Assembly: GCA_965263035.1 (NCBI GenBank)
Contig: OZ253580.1
Coordinates: 4,608,001 to 4,672,000 of the forward strand
Length of the DNA stretch: 64,000 bases
From: Acidobacteriota bacterium
GTDB lineage: Bacteria; Acidobacteriota; UBA6911; RPQK01; JAJDTT01
Reading direction: 5' to 3'
Part shown: positions 32,842 to 43,696 of the stretch, one piece after another
Layout of the letters: every line of letters starts with the position of its first letter
Numbering within the stretch: the stretch's first letter is position 1
Program-made: the position numbers and the translations under genes
The notes under the pieces: generated by a model
The model's input: the letters and a program-made list of their open reading frames with translations, nothing else
The model's database searches: none
What the model was told of the DNA's origin: nothing

Positions 32842-35169
32842 ATGGTCATCTCCTATGGAACCTCCTCCCTGGCCCTCCTCCTCTTCCTGGCGCGCGCAGG
32901 CCCCGCCTCCGGCGAGACCACCGGAGCCTTGACGGGAACCGTCGTCGACGAGACCGGGGGAGTCCTTCCCGGTGTCGTCGTCAACCTCCAGGCTGCCGGC
33001 GCCGAGCTCACCTCCGTCACCGACGACACGGGGCAGTGGCGCATCGACCGAGTCCCCACGGGACCGGCCACCCTGACTTTCCGGCTGTTCAACTTCGCCA
33101 GCGCCCACCGTGAGCTAACCGTGGCCCAAGGCGAGGTCTTTACGGTGGATGTCGTCCTGGTGCTCTCATTGACCGCTGACGTCGTGGTAACCGCCAAGCG
33201 CACCTTCCGGAACATCGCCGACCTTCCGAAGCCGGCGGAGAACCTGGTCGGGATCGCCTCCGCAGCCAGCGTCGGCGCCATCACCGCGGCCCAGCTCCAA
33301 GCGCGGCCCATCATGCAGCCGGGCGAAGTGCTGGAGACGGTTCCGGGCCTGGTCATCAGTCAGCACAGCGGCGAGGGAAAGGCCAACCAGTACTACCTGC
33401 GCGGCTTCAACCTGGATCATGGAACGGATTTCGCGACCACCGTCGCCGGAGTGCCTCTGAACATGCCGTCCGTCGCCCACGCCTCCGGCTACTCGGACTC
33501 CAACATGATCATTCCCGAGTTGGTGAGCGGCATCCAGTTCAGGAAGGGACCGTACTTCGCGGAAGACGGTGACTTTTCCGCCGCCGGCTCGGCCAACGTC
33601 AGCTACATGAACCTGCTGGAGCAGCCGGTGGCCAGCATCAGCACCGGCGGCCAAGGCTGGAGCCGCTTTTTTGGCGCCGCGTCACCGCACGTGGGCGACG
33701 GCAACCTGCTCATCGGCGTCGAAGTGGGCAGAAACGACGGTCCCTGGGTCGAGCCCGACGACATGCGCAAGGTGAACGGCATCCTGCGCTACAGCCGGGG
33801 AGACACGCGAAACGGCTTCTCCGTCACCGGCCTGAGCTATTCGGCGAATTGGCATGCAACGGACTAGGTGCCGGTCCGGGCCATCGAATCCGGCCGGATC
33901 GAGGGCATCGATACCACCGGCGGCGGACGGACCTACCGGCATGGCATCGTCGCCGACAGTCTGCGCTCGAACGGAGAGACCTCGACCCGAATCACCGCCT
34001 TCGGCATGCGTTACGGACTGAACCTGATCCAGAATTTTACCTATTTTCTGGCCAATTCCGTCGACGGGGATCAGTTCGAGAAGGTGGACCGCCGTACCTC
34101 GACAGGTGGCAAGGTCATCCACCGGCGCCTGCGGCAGTTCCTTGGACGGCCCATGGAATGGAAGGCCGGCACCCAGTTGCGCCACGACGACTCCAGTGTC
34201 ATCGGTCTGTACGACACGGTTAGGCAGCACCGCACCAACACGGTGCGTGAGGACGCGCTGCGCCAGACGTCGCTGGGCCTGTTCGGCGAGGGCGTGCTCG
34301 ATTGGACTTCATATTTCCGGACCTCGGTCGGGATTCGAGCCGACATCTATCGATTCGCCGTCGACGCCAACAATCCGTTGAACGCCGGCGCCGGCGTGGA
34401 TTCCATCGTCAGCCCCAAGCTGACGGCGATCCTGGGGCCGTGGCAGCAGACCGAGTTCTACGCCAATTGGGGAGAAGGCTTCCACAGCAACGACGTGCGC
34501 TGTGCGACGATCCGGGTTGACCCGCGCACCGGCGAGCCGGCCGAGAGGTTCCGTCCGCTGGTCAAGGCGCGCGGGGGCGAGATCGGCGTGCGGACGGTGA
34601 GGCTGCACGGGCTGCATTCGACGGTGGCATTCTGGTATCTGGACTTCGATTCGGAGTTGGTCTTCCTGGGCGATGCGGGCGTGACGGCCGCCAGCCGTCC
34701 AAGCTACCGCTACGGCATCGAGTGGGCGAACTATATGCTGCTCACACCCTGGATGACGGTCGAGGCCGACCTCGCGTTCACCTCTGCGCGGTTTTCGGAC
34801 GACGACCCCGCCGGACCGCGGATTCCAGGTTCGCTCAACCGCGTTTTCTCCGGCGCCCTCACGTTCGAGCCGGTGAAGCGCTTGTTCGGGAGCGTTCGCG
34901 TGCGCCATTTCGGACCTCGACCCTTCATCGAGGACAATTCCGTGAGGTCCGATTCGACGACCGTGTGGAACGGGCAGTTCGGCATCCGCTTCAACCGGCG
35001 CGTCACCGTCTCGTTTGAAGTGTTCAACCTCCTGAACTCCCCGGTGTCGGACATCGACTACTTCTATACGTCGCGTCTCCAGGGAGAACCGTTGGAGGGG
35101 GGGGACGACGTGCATACCCATCCCTCCATCCCGCGGACCGCGCGCGTCGCACTGCAAATGAGGTTTTAG
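32842..35169 (+). pseudogene. TonB-dependent receptor with an in-frame TAG at 33865-33867
   Basis: N-terminal carboxypeptidase-regulatory-like domain, plug LETVPG...YYLRGF and C-terminal Phe. Both ORFs are in the same frame, separated by one stop. Confidence 0.85.
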
Positions 35170-35346
35170 CCAGAGCCGGAGCGGTAGCCGCGTTGTCACG
35201 AAACCAAGAAATCCAGGCCAAGCGTCGGACTGTTGGGGGCCGGCCGGATCGGGCAGGATCAACGACGTCAGTTTGGTCGCCCCTGGAAAACTACCGGACA
35301 CCGGCGAACGAACCGTCGCTATCCCTCACGCACGAAAATTAAGGAG

Positions 35347-35367
35347 TAGAGAAGGTGACTGTCCCCT
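35347..35367 (+). repeat. GTGACTGTCCCCT-family motif (other copies at 10554 inverted, 36607, 43990 and 47147)
   Basis: TAGAGAAGGTGACTGTCCCCT; exact inverted copy at 10554-10574 and a one-mismatch copy at 36607-36627. Confidence 0.8.
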
Positions 35368-35379
35368 TCTCCCACGTCG

Positions 35380-35724
35380 TCACCGTTTACCAGACCGCAG
35401 CGCAGGTCGAGTGCCGCGGCGGCTCTCGCCAGGGGCTGCCAAGGCCGCAGCCGTTTGAATGTCGCCGATCAGTCGATTCCTGTCCCCCGCCAGCTTGCGA
35501 AAATCGCACTCGACTTGGATGCCATGCCAGAACTTGTCCGACTGACCGAAGAAGGCGCCAAAACGAATCGACATGGGCGGAGTGATCGACCGCCGCCCAA
35601 GGACGATTTCGTTGATCGCCCTTGGGGAGACACCGATGGCGCGGGCCATTGCATTCTGTGAAATCCCCATCGGTTTAAGGTATTCCTCAAGCAAAATCTC
35701 TCCGGGCGTGATGGGCTCTTTCAT
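35380..35724 (-). CDS. higA: HigA antitoxin, copy 1
   Basis: [15 protein letters not shown]...[12 protein letters not shown]...FW..Q HTH signature. Confidence 0.88.
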   Translation of the reverse strand: MKEPITPGEILLEEYLKPMGISQNAMARAIGVSPRAINEIVLGRRSITPPMSIRFGAFFGQSDKFWHGIQVECDFRKLAGDRNRLIGDIQTAAALAAPGESRRGTRPALRSGKR

Positions 35725-35756
35725 GTCTATATCCTGTAACGTCATAGGGTCACGAG

Positions 35757-36035
35757 TCAACGATAATCTATGATTGCCACCTGTTCTGGTCCGGCATCAG
35801 TCCACCTGAAGACAACGCGCCACCGGTTGTTGACTCGAATGGAATGAAAGCTCGAAAGGCGACCCTTAAGAGCTTCAAGCCGGTTGCCGGGCGGGATGGC
35901 AAGATCCCGTAGTTCACGGGCCTGATTCATCTGGATCAATTTTCGCAGCGCGACTCGCGAAATAGTTGCGAACCGGCGGTTGGTTTCAGATTAGAAAAGC
36001 TCTTTGGTGTCCTCATCCGAGAATGATTGAATCAT
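35757..36035 (-). pseudogene. higB: HigB toxin, copy 1, premature TAA
   Basis: [17 protein letters not shown]...[11 protein letters not shown]; copy 2 has GAA at the same codon. Confidence 0.85.
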
Positions 36036-36109
36036 CGCTAACGCATGGGACACAGGCATTTCTGCCTGAACAGGTGGTGGATGGCCCACTCCGTGACCAC
36101 CGGATACTG

Positions 36110-36353
36110 GATGCCGTTTCAACTCCGGCGCTTGTCTGGAGCCGGATACCCGAGCTTTGCAGATCATCCGCTTGACCTGCTCCGGGTTGTGCATTCCAAC
36201 CCAGCCGGCCGCTGCCTACCTGAGCCCTGTGACGGCGCCGTCCGAGCATGAACCGTCCGTGATAGCCACGACCACTTCCTTGCCTTCTTTAACGTGGAGC
36301 CCCTCTTGCGGAATGAACAAATCCTTTGAAAACCTCGTCGTGATCTCTCTCAT
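36110..36353 (-). pseudogene. DUF104-like antitoxin with an internal TAG
   Basis: Paralog of 9304-9540 with a stop at 36216-36218. Confidence 0.65.
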
Positions 36354-36710
36354 CGTTACCAATCGCTTCCACAGACCCTGGAAGTGACGCAACTGAGAAA
36401 TTCTGGATTTCGAATTCGTGAATCCCCCGTTTCTCAGTACGACATCCGGAACCGGACCCGACACGCCGAATCGCCACGATGGATTTCCGATTCGAAGGGT
36501 TCTGCGTATCCTTTACTTCCCAGGTATCTGGTGAGGCTGACACGGTCTGAAGCGGAAGCGACGGGAGACATGACACCCATGCCGCTGACACGAGGGGTAC
36601 GAGGGGTAGAGAAGGTGACTGTCTCCTTTTTCGCGTACGCTCACGGAGCCTGGATCGGCTGAATTCGTGCTTTGAGAATCATCCGGGAGCACGGCCCTCA
36701 TACCCGGGAC

Positions 36711-36737
36711 CGGGAAAGGGACAGTCTATTTCTCCCG
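36711..36737 (+). repeat. CG(G/A)GAAAGGGACAGTCT..TTCT(C/T)CCG motif (other copies at 40412, 41354 and 42361)
   Basis: Four same-orientation 27-bp copies with partly self-complementary ends. Confidence 0.8.
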
Positions 36738-36769
36738 AGGTTGGGCTCTCCTCACGCTCGCGGAATCCC

Positions 36770-37648
36770 TCATTCACCTGCGACTTCGATCAGCAGGCGG
36801 CAGTGGTCACTTGCACCCCACTCTTTGACGGCGTTCATGGCGCGAACCTTGACGCTCTTGTGGAAGCCGCGGGAGGCGAACGCATAGTCAAGCTGAAGCT
36901 GGGCGGTCTCGGGGAACTGGCGGATCGTGTGGTAGGTAGGCACGTTCCGAGTATCGGTCGGCAAGCCCCCGGGTGTTGGGTGCGCCTGCCGTCCCGCAGG
37001 AAATTTAGGTCCCATGAACTCCAAGCCGAGCGCGTCCATTCTGTCAAATACGCTGCCGTCGCGGGACATGGGTGCCGACGGACCGTCGTCGGTACCGCCG
37101 TAGACCATATTGAGGTCGCCCGCCGCCAGTATTCGATGTGTGCTTGGATCAAAGTTGCCTATGAATGCCGAAATGTCCGAGATAATGCGGTGGGCTGAAC
37201 CGTCGGCATAGCCTACGCTCCACTTACTCTTCGTAGACGGGTGCGGCCTTATCCAGCGCGCATACATGGACACAGCGATACACGGCGGGGCATCTGGTGG
37301 GATGATCCTGGCCGCGGCAATCGTAGCGATTCCGCTGACGGCGATCTCGTCCTCCATCGTTTGGCTGATCGGGCTAACCTGCTTGAACCATTCGACTTGG
37401 ACCCGGTCGGAGAGTTTCACGACCATAGGGAAGCGGTCGTATAGTCTTTTGAATCGACCCTCATACCAACGCGAATTCCATACGTGTGGGTCCCAATGTT
37501 CCGCGTTACCGGTCTGGACCCTGCCGGCAACGCCGTTTGGTACTTTTCCGGCTTCTTGGAGCAAGGCGACGCCAGCATCCATTTTCACGAGTTGCTCCCA
37601 TGGTTTGCGACGCTTACCGATGTTCCAGCACACTATTTTTGTTGCCAT
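36770..37648 (-). CDS. Endonuclease/exonuclease/phosphatase-family protein
   Basis: WNI, LLQE, AGDLN, QLDY and SDH catalytic motifs. Confidence 0.85.
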   Translation of the reverse strand: MATKIVCWNIGKRRKPWEQLVKMDAGVALLQEAGKVPNGVAGRVQTGNAEHWDPHVWNSRWYEGRFKRLYDRFPMVVKLSDRVQVEWFKQVSPISQTMEDEIAVSGIATIAAARIIPPDAPPCIAVSMYARWIRPHPSTKSKWSVGYADGSAHRIISDISAFIGNFDPSTHRILAAGDLNMVYGGTDDGPSAPMSRDGSVFDRMDALGLEFMGPKFPAGRQAHPTPGGLPTDTRNVPTYHTIRQFPETAQLQLDYAFASRGFHKSVKVRAMNAVKEWGASDHCRLLIEVAGE

Positions 37649-37821
37649 TTCTACCTCTGAAGTCGTAATCGCTGGTAGTGTAGCAAGGTCATTTTTAACA
37701 CTCTCTCTGAGCCAGATCCTTTTCGCTCCCCAGGCCGGAAACCTATTCCGACTCCTTATTCCATAGCGTCTGAGTTAATCTTCTTGCACAGGATCCCTCG
37801 TTCAACATCTGGAGGCATCTG

Positions 37822-38793
37822 ATGAACCGACTCGCCGTGCTGTCTTTATTCGCTGCGTCAACGGTCTTCGCGAGCGACCATCAACTGAAACCGGTCCGGA
37901 TTGCTGTCCCGGTCGACGGGCACATTCACCCGGCGGCCTGTGTCACCCGCTCGGGGACGATCGTTGTGACGTACGGGCGAGTGAATCACGTGGACCTGCG
38001 CATCACTCGATCATCGGACGGAGGAATGACATGGTCCGAACCTGTGCCGTTCGTCCATACCGTCGATAAGACGTATTACCCGGGCTCGCTGACGACGCTG
38101 AGCGACGGCCGCCTGTTGCATTGCTGGAACCGTTGGGATACGCCGGTCACTCAGAAAGAACCGCGGTCTGTTTTGTACTCACTGTCGAATGACGACGGAG
38201 TATCGTGGAGCGACCCGCAGCCATTCCCGCGTGATCCCGAAGTCAGATCCGTCATCCGGCACCCCATTACCGAACTGAAGTCAGGGCAATGGCTCGTGTC
38301 GTTGATAGACCGGACGTTCGTGTTTGATCCGGCCACTTCCAACGCGACACCGTTCGGCGACGGCCGTATGCATGGGTTGGTCCCGATTGTTCAGACTCCG
38401 CGAGGCACGTTCGTCAGCGGCGCCGGCATCCGATCAACGGACGACGGCGAGACGTGGAAGATCATCGAAGGCTTTCCGGACATCAGTACGCAGGGCTGGC
38501 GGCACGAAATGGTCGGTCTGAAAAATGGCTGGCTGCTGGCCTCGGAGATTCTAGGACCAGGCTTTGGCGGGGAGCGCATCCGCTATCGCCTCTCATACGA
38601 CGACGGGCAGACATGGGATGGCGTGTTTGAGTACTACAACCCTGGCCGGGCGATCAACGGCCGGGCCTGCCCCCGAACAGTGCAACTCGACGATAAGACA
38701 ATCGGCGTGGTCTTTTACGACATCGACAAAGATCAGGAGGGCGGACCGGGTTTGTTCTTCCTGCGAATCCCGATTGCGAAGCTAGGGCCGTAG
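37822..38793 (+). CDS. Secreted BNR-repeat (sialidase-like) protein
   Basis: Signal peptide; Asp boxes SSDGGMTW, SNDDGVSW, STDDGETW and SYDDGQTW. Confidence 0.85.
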   Translation: MNRLAVLSLFAASTVFASDHQLKPVRIAVPVDGHIHPAACVTRSGTIVVTYGRVNHVDLRITRSSDGGMTWSEPVPFVHTVDKTYYPGSLTTLSDGRLLHCWNRWDTPVTQKEPRSVLYSLSNDDGVSWSDPQPFPRDPEVRSVIRHPITELKSGQWLVSLIDRTFVFDPATSNATPFGDGRMHGLVPIVQTPRGTFVSGAGIRSTDDGETWKIIEGFPDISTQGWRHEMVGLKNGWLLASEILGPGFGGERIRYRLSYDDGQTWDGVFEYYNPGRAINGRACPRTVQLDDKTIGVVFYDIDKDQEGGPGLFFLRIPIAKLGP

Positions 38794-38831
38794 AGTAGCG
38801 TCATCGTCAGCTCCGGGCTAAGGGTCGGCTA

Positions 38832-38904
38832 GGAGGGGCGATTTCCAGTCGCCCATTCCGCCATGCTCCACCGGAGTTCGGCGGTTGGAAACCGCCGCTC
38901 CTCC
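38832..38904. repeat. REP-like inverted pair between convergent genes
   Basis: GGAGGGGCGATTTCCAGTCGCCC ... GGCGGTTGGAAACCGCCGCTCC. Confidence 0.7.
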
Positions 38905-38939
38905 CCTTTTTCTACCGGGTGTCACCATCAGCGCCCGTT

Positions 38940-40355
38940 TCAAGGTGGGGTGGCCAGATACACGAGTTCGCCGGCCTTGTAGACGGCGGCCACCGAGCGG
39001 GTGTTGCGGATGTCCGCCAGTGGATCCGCCGAGAGTACGACCAGGTCGGCCAGCTTCCCGGCTTCGACGGTTCCGAGCCGATCCTCCAGACCCAGGCCCT
39101 CGGCACCGTTTCGGGTCGCCATGACGATCACGTCAGCCTCGTCGATGCCCGCCTGGACCAGGAGCTCCAGCTCCCGATGCAGGCTCACGCCTGGCGTCAT
39201 CCAGGGCATTCCCAGGTCGCTCCCTGCAGTCAGCCTCACTCCCCCCTCATGAAGCCTCCGCACGATCTGGAGTGCGACGGGGAATACGTCCTTGCCGGAC
39301 GTGAAGTCCTGAGCGATTCCCACGGGGTTGGTGAAGACGAACGGGTTTCGCTGCTGCCAATCCGAACCCCAGAGCGAGACGACCGAGGGCGGAGCCCGCT
39401 GAGGTTCGAGCCGCTCGAGAACCTTCGGGTCGTCACCGAAGTAGAGGCTCTCCATCACGACCAGGGTCGGGTCGACCGTCACATCGTTGGCAACGAGGGC
39501 GGCAATCAAGGAGCTCATCAGTTCGCCGTCAAGCTCCACCAACTCGATCCAACGGGCGTAGTACTCCGGGTAGGGCAGTGCCCTCAGTTGGTCCCGGTGC
39601 CTTTCGGGGACCAGCTCCCAGGTCGGCCCGTCTGCACCGCTGTGGACCAGGGAATCGATTCCCATTCGTGCCGCCTGGGTCCAGCTCGTTGCCCGGAGGT
39701 GGCCGGCGACCCTCAGACCGAGCGTGTGGGCCTCTTCGATCGCAGCGGCCATCAGCTCTGGGGTCACGTCCCAGTACAACTTGATCATGTCCGCACCCGC
39801 CGCAGCCTGTTGTCGAACCACGTCCCGGATCTCATCCGGTGTCGCCACGGGCACCGTCCAGTCGAATCGGCTCGGAGACCCGTCGATGAAGGCGGCGCCG
39901 GTAATCATCCGCGGTCCGCGAATCCGGCCCGCCTCGATCTGATCCCGGAGCTCGACGCCGGCGCCTTGCGCGGCGCCCGGGCTGCGTACCGTGGTCACTC
40001 CGAACTCAAGCAACGCCTGCACGGTCTCGATCCGGGCCTCGGGGTGAACATGGACGTGCATGTCGATGAATCCCGGAAGCACGAAGTGGCCCGAAACGTC
40101 TCTTCGCCGTGCCGAGTCGGGGCAATGGAAATCACCCGCGCTGCCGATCCTGAGGATTCGGTCGCCGTCCACCACAACGACGCTGTCCTCGAGCGGTGCG
40201 GTGCCGATTCCGTCAATCAGAGTGGCTCCTTCGAGGACAAGAAGCCCATCGCCCACAAGCACCTCAGCGGGTTCACCGCACGCGGCACAAGCCAGGGTAA
40301 GTGCGAGAGCGCTCGCAATAAGTGGTCTGCTGCGCGATCCTGCTGCTCCTGACAT
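38940..40355 (-). CDS. Amidohydrolase-family protein
   Basis: PGFIDMHVH, AGSD and GTVEAGKLADLVVL; the start codon is uncertain. Confidence 0.88.
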   Translation of the reverse strand: MSGAAGSRSRPLIASALALTLACAACGEPAEVLVGDGLLVLEGATLIDGIGTAPLEDSVVVVDGDRILRIGSAGDFHCPDSARRRDVSGHFVLPGFIDMHVHVHPEARIETVQALLEFGVTTVRSPGAAQGAGVELRDQIEAGRIRGPRMITGAAFIDGSPSRFDWTVPVATPDEIRDVVRQQAAAGADMIKLYWDVTPELMAAAIEEAHTLGLRVAGHLRATSWTQAARMGIDSLVHSGADGPTWELVPERHRDQLRALPYPEYYARWIELVELDGELMSSLIAALVANDVTVDPTLVVMESLYFGDDPKVLERLEPQRAPPSVVSLWGSDWQQRNPFVFTNPVGIAQDFTSGKDVFPVALQIVRRLHEGGVRLTAGSDLGMPWMTPGVSLHRELELLVQAGIDEADVIVMATRNGAEGLGLEDRLGTVEAGKLADLVVLSADPLADIRNTRSVAAVYKAGELVYLATPP

Positions 40356-40501
40356 CGACGGCCTACCGTGGTGGCATTGGATCACATCTTCGCCGACAGG
40401 GTCGTTGGGAACGAGAAAGGGACAGTCTACTTCTTCCGACCAGGCAAGAATCTTGACTCCGGGCCACTTATCAGTGGTAACATATAAGAAACCATAAAGT
40501 G

Positions 40502-40831
40502 ATGATTGAGATCAGGGAGTACCTGGACACCGAAGGCCGCAGTCCGTACGGCAGTTGATTCAATCGGCTGAATCCTCGCGCTGCAGCCAAGGTCGCTACC
40601 GCCTTGGTTCGTATGGAGCATGGAAACCTCTCCAACGTCAAGGGTGTCGGTGCCGGTGTTCTCGAGTGTCGGATTGACTTCGGTCCGGACTATCGTGTGT
40701 ATTTCGGAAAGGACGGCGATGTCCTGATCATCCTGTTGGGCGGAGGAACCAAGAAACGCCAGCAGAGGGAGATCGCGGCCGCCCGTAGACTCTGGCAAGA
40801 ATACCGGCGACGCAAACGGCGGGAGACCTGA
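40502..40831 (+). pseudogene. Addiction-module killer (RelE/HigB-like) toxin with a premature TGA at 40556
   Basis: MIEIREYLDTEGRSPYGS*FNRL...ECRIDFGPDYRVYF...LLGGGTK. Confidence 0.85.
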
Positions 40832-40836
40832 AAACC

Positions 40837-41154
40837 ATGCCTTTGACACGAGACTTCAAGGAAACGATTCAGGCGCGCATCGAGAGCGATCCGGTGTTCC
40901 GCGAAGAACTGCTCAAGGAAGGGATTGAGTGCCTCCTTTCGGATGACGTGGATACGGGGAAGGCAGTACTACGCGATTACATCAACGCCACGATTGGCTT
41001 TCAGGCGCTTGGCGGATTGACCGAGAAATCTCCCAAGAGCCTGATGCGGATGTTCGGTCCCAAAGGCAACCCCCAAGCCCGAAACCTGTTCCAAATCATC
41101 GGCTTCCTTCAGAAACAAGAGGGGTTGCGCCTAAAGGTGGACGTGATTCGTTAG
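40837..41154 (+). CDS. Addiction-module antidote (HTH) protein
   Basis: MPLTRDFKETI...KSLMRMFGPKGNP; directly follows the toxin gene. Confidence 0.8.
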   Translation: MPLTRDFKETIQARIESDPVFREELLKEGIECLLSDDVDTGKAVLRDYINATIGFQALGGLTEKSPKSLMRMFGPKGNPQARNLFQIIGFLQKQEGLRLKVDVIR

Positions 41155-41477
41155 GTCAATCCGCACTCTTAAGATCCAATAAATCATTTTGATCGGGTCC
41201 AAAACCCAGGTGGGGCCAATCGGAGATCGGTTTTTTCGTTGCAGAGTCAGCCAGGAGCCTTACCGCCGGGCTGCTCGGCTAAATGAGGGAGGTTCTTCCC
41301 GGTGCCATCGTCAATGCTGGATACGGTGGTACTGGCGCTCCGCCTGGATGGACCGAGAAAGGGATGGTCTACTTCTTCCGCGCCTGTGCTTCCGGCGCTG
41401 GGTCCGCGGTTTGCGGACGCGGGGGCTCTCGTTGAAGCGTCATGAGGTCAGGGGTGACGCCTGGGGGCCACCTGTCG

Positions 41478-41822
41478 TTACCGTTCACCAGAATGCTGCG
41501 CTGGTCGAGTGGCGTGGAGCCTCTCGCCACGGGCTGCCAGTGCCGTGGCCGGTTGAATGCCGGCAATCAGTCGGTTCCTGTCACCTGCGAGCTTGCGAAA
41601 GTCGCACTCGACTTGGATGCCATGCCAGAACTTGTCCGACTGACCGAAGAAAGCGCCAAAGCGAATTGACATGGGCGGAGTGATCGACCGCCGCCCAAGG
41701 ACGATTTCGTTAATCGCCCTCGGGGAGACACCGATTGCGCGGGCCATGGCATTTTGTGAAATCCTCAGCGGCTTGAGGTATTCCTCAAGCAAAATCTCAC
41801 CGGGCGTGATGGGCTCTTTCAT
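41478..41822 (-). CDS. higA: HigA antitoxin, copy 2
   Basis: Near-identical paralog of 35380-35724. Confidence 0.88.
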   Translation of the reverse strand: MKEPITPGEILLEEYLKPLRISQNAMARAIGVSPRAINEIVLGRRSITPPMSIRFGAFFGQSDKFWHGIQVECDFRKLAGDRNRLIAGIQPATALAARGERLHATRPAQHSGER

Positions 41823-41854
41823 GGCTATATCCTGTAACGTCATAGGGTAACACG

Positions 41855-42133
41855 TCAATGATAATCTACGATTGCCACTTGTTCTGGTCCGGCATCAGTC
41901 CACCTGAAGACAATGCGCCATTGGTCGTTGATACGAATCGAATAAAGGCTCGAAAGGCGACCCTTGAGAGCTTCAAGCCGGTTGCCGGGCGGGATGGCAA
42001 GATCCCGTAGCTTACGGGCCTGATTCATTTGGATCAATTTTCGCAGCGCGACTCGCGAAATAGTGGCGAACCGGCGGTTGGTTTCCGATTCGAAAAGCTC
42101 TTTGGTGTCTTCGTCCGAGAATGATTGAATCAT
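41855..42133 (-). CDS. higB: HigB toxin, copy 2, intact; a DUF104 fragment starting at 42316 is in frame upstream
   Basis: MIQSF...[11 protein letters not shown]...[14 protein letters not shown]...VDYH. Confidence 0.88.
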   Translation of the reverse strand: MIQSFSDEDTKELFESETNRRFATISRVALRKLIQMNQARKLRDLAIPPGNRLEALKGRLSSLYSIRINDQWRIVFRWTDAGPEQVAIVDYH

Positions 42134-42428
42134 CGTTAACGCATGCGGCACAGGCATTCCAGCCCAACCGACCGCGGATTCCCTGCGCCCCGTGACGGCA
42201 CCGTCCGAGGATGCACCGTCCGTGATAGCCACGACTACTTCCTTGCCTTCCTTAACGTGGAGCCCCTCCTGCGGAATGAACAAATCCTTTGAAAACTTCG
42301 TCTTGATCTCTCTCATCGCTACGGATCGCTTCCACAGACCCTGGAATTGTCGCGGCGGACCGGGAAAGGGACAGTCTGCTTCTCCCGTGACAGACAGACC
42401 CACATTCCTGGAACGACATGAGTGCTAG

Positions 42429-42587
42429 GAGCCTGCGCCGCAGAAATTGATCTCCTGCGAAAGCGGTAGAATCGGTCCATATTTCCCCGATTTCTCGGCG
42501 AATAGAACGACTATGCACCTCAAAATCGAGAAAATCTGGCCTCGATTCCCCACTTTCTCGCTACGATCATTTCTACCGCGCAGACTC
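42429..42587. mobile_element. MITE, 159 bp, flanked by CTAG on both sides
   Basis: Imperfect TIRs GAGCCTGCGCCGCAGAAAT / GAGTCTGCGCGGTAGAAAT; a second copy starts at 63965. Confidence 0.8.
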
Positions 42588-42697
42588 CTAGGAGGGGACA
42601 TTCCTGTCCCCCTCTTCACTTGTATACTCGACTGCGCAGTTGAGCCGGGTGTCAACTTCAGCGCCCGCCACATCGTCACGCAACCAAGGGGAATTCC

Positions 42698-43696
42698 ATG
42701 CTCAAGTTCGGACTTTTCGGAGTCGGCAGGATCGGCCGGATGCGCGCAAGAATCCTCGCGGCAAACAACCGTGTGCAACTCGTGGGGATCTACGATGTCG
42801 ATACCGCCGCCGCCTCCTCCGCCGCAACTGAGACCGGGTCCGTTTCCGTCGATTCCGTCGATGCCCTGCTCGGTGATCCCACCCTCGATGCCGTTTGTAT
42901 CTCCTCCTCCACGAGTACCCACTGCGATCTGATCGAAGGCGCGGCGCGGGCCGGGAAGGCGGTGTTCTGCGAAAAACCGATCCACCTGGACATGGAGCGG
43001 GCGGACGCCTGCGGGGCAGTTCTCGCTGAGACCGGTGTGCCGTTTCAAATCGGATTCAACCGGCGCTTCGACCCCGGCCACAGCGCGGTGCACCGGGCTG
43101 CCCGCAACGGCGAGATCGGCAGCCTGGAGCAGGCCGTAATCAGCAGCCGGGATCCATTCCCGCCGCCCCTGAGATTTCTTCAGGGTTCCGGGGGGCTGTT
43201 CCGGGACATGATGGTCCACGACTTCGACATGGCCCGCTTCCTGTTCGGTGAAGAGCCCGTGGAGGTCATGGCCATGGGCAGCGTGCTGTTCGATGCGCGT
43301 GCCGGAGAACTCGGCGACGTGGACAGCGCCATGGTCGTCTTGCGGATGGCCTCGGGCGCTCTCTGCCACGTCAACTGCTCGCGCCATTGCTCCTTTGGCT
43401 ACGACCAGCGGATCGAGCTGTTCGGAGAACGCGGCATGCTGGTCTCCGCCAATCCGACCCGGACCAGCGTCGAACGCTACACGGAAGCTGGGACCGCCGC
43501 CCGCGACCGGCTGCACCCCTTTTTCATCGAGCGGTACCAGGAAGCGTTCACTCGGGAGATCGACGCCTTCGTGGATGCCGTGGAGCGAGGCGTCAAGCCG
43601 TCACCCGGCTTCGAGGACGGGAGGCGCGCCCTGCGAGTTGCCGACGCCGCGGAAGAATCAGCCAGCAGCGGCCGGGCCGTCCGAGTGAGCGCCTGA
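42698..43696 (+). CDS. iolG: Inositol 2-dehydrogenase-like Gfo/Idh/MocA oxidoreductase
   Basis: GVGRIG, CEKP, GFNRRFDP, GGLFRDMMVHDFDMARF and GYDQRIE. Confidence 0.82.
   Translation: MLKFGLFGVGRIGRMRARILAANNRVQLVGIYDVDTAAASSAATETGSVSVDSVDALLGDPTLDAVCISSSTSTHCDLIEGAARAGKAVFCEKPIHLDMERADACGAVLAETGVPFQIGFNRRFDPGHSAVHRAARNGEIGSLEQAVISSRDPFPPPLRFLQGSGGLFRDMMVHDFDMARFLFGEEPVEVMAMGSVLFDARAGELGDVDSAMVVLRMASGALCHVNCSRHCSFGYDQRIELFGERGMLVSANPTRTSVERYTEAGTAARDRLHPFFIERYQEAFTREIDAFVDAVERGVKPSPGFEDGRRALRVADAAEESASSGRAVRVSA

Noticed and set aside
33865-33867. Pyrrolysine or alternative-code readthrough of TAG, and of TGA at 40556
   Set aside because: TAG and TGA terminate many normal genes in the window, single-base nonsense changes explain both, and no pyl or sel genes are visible.
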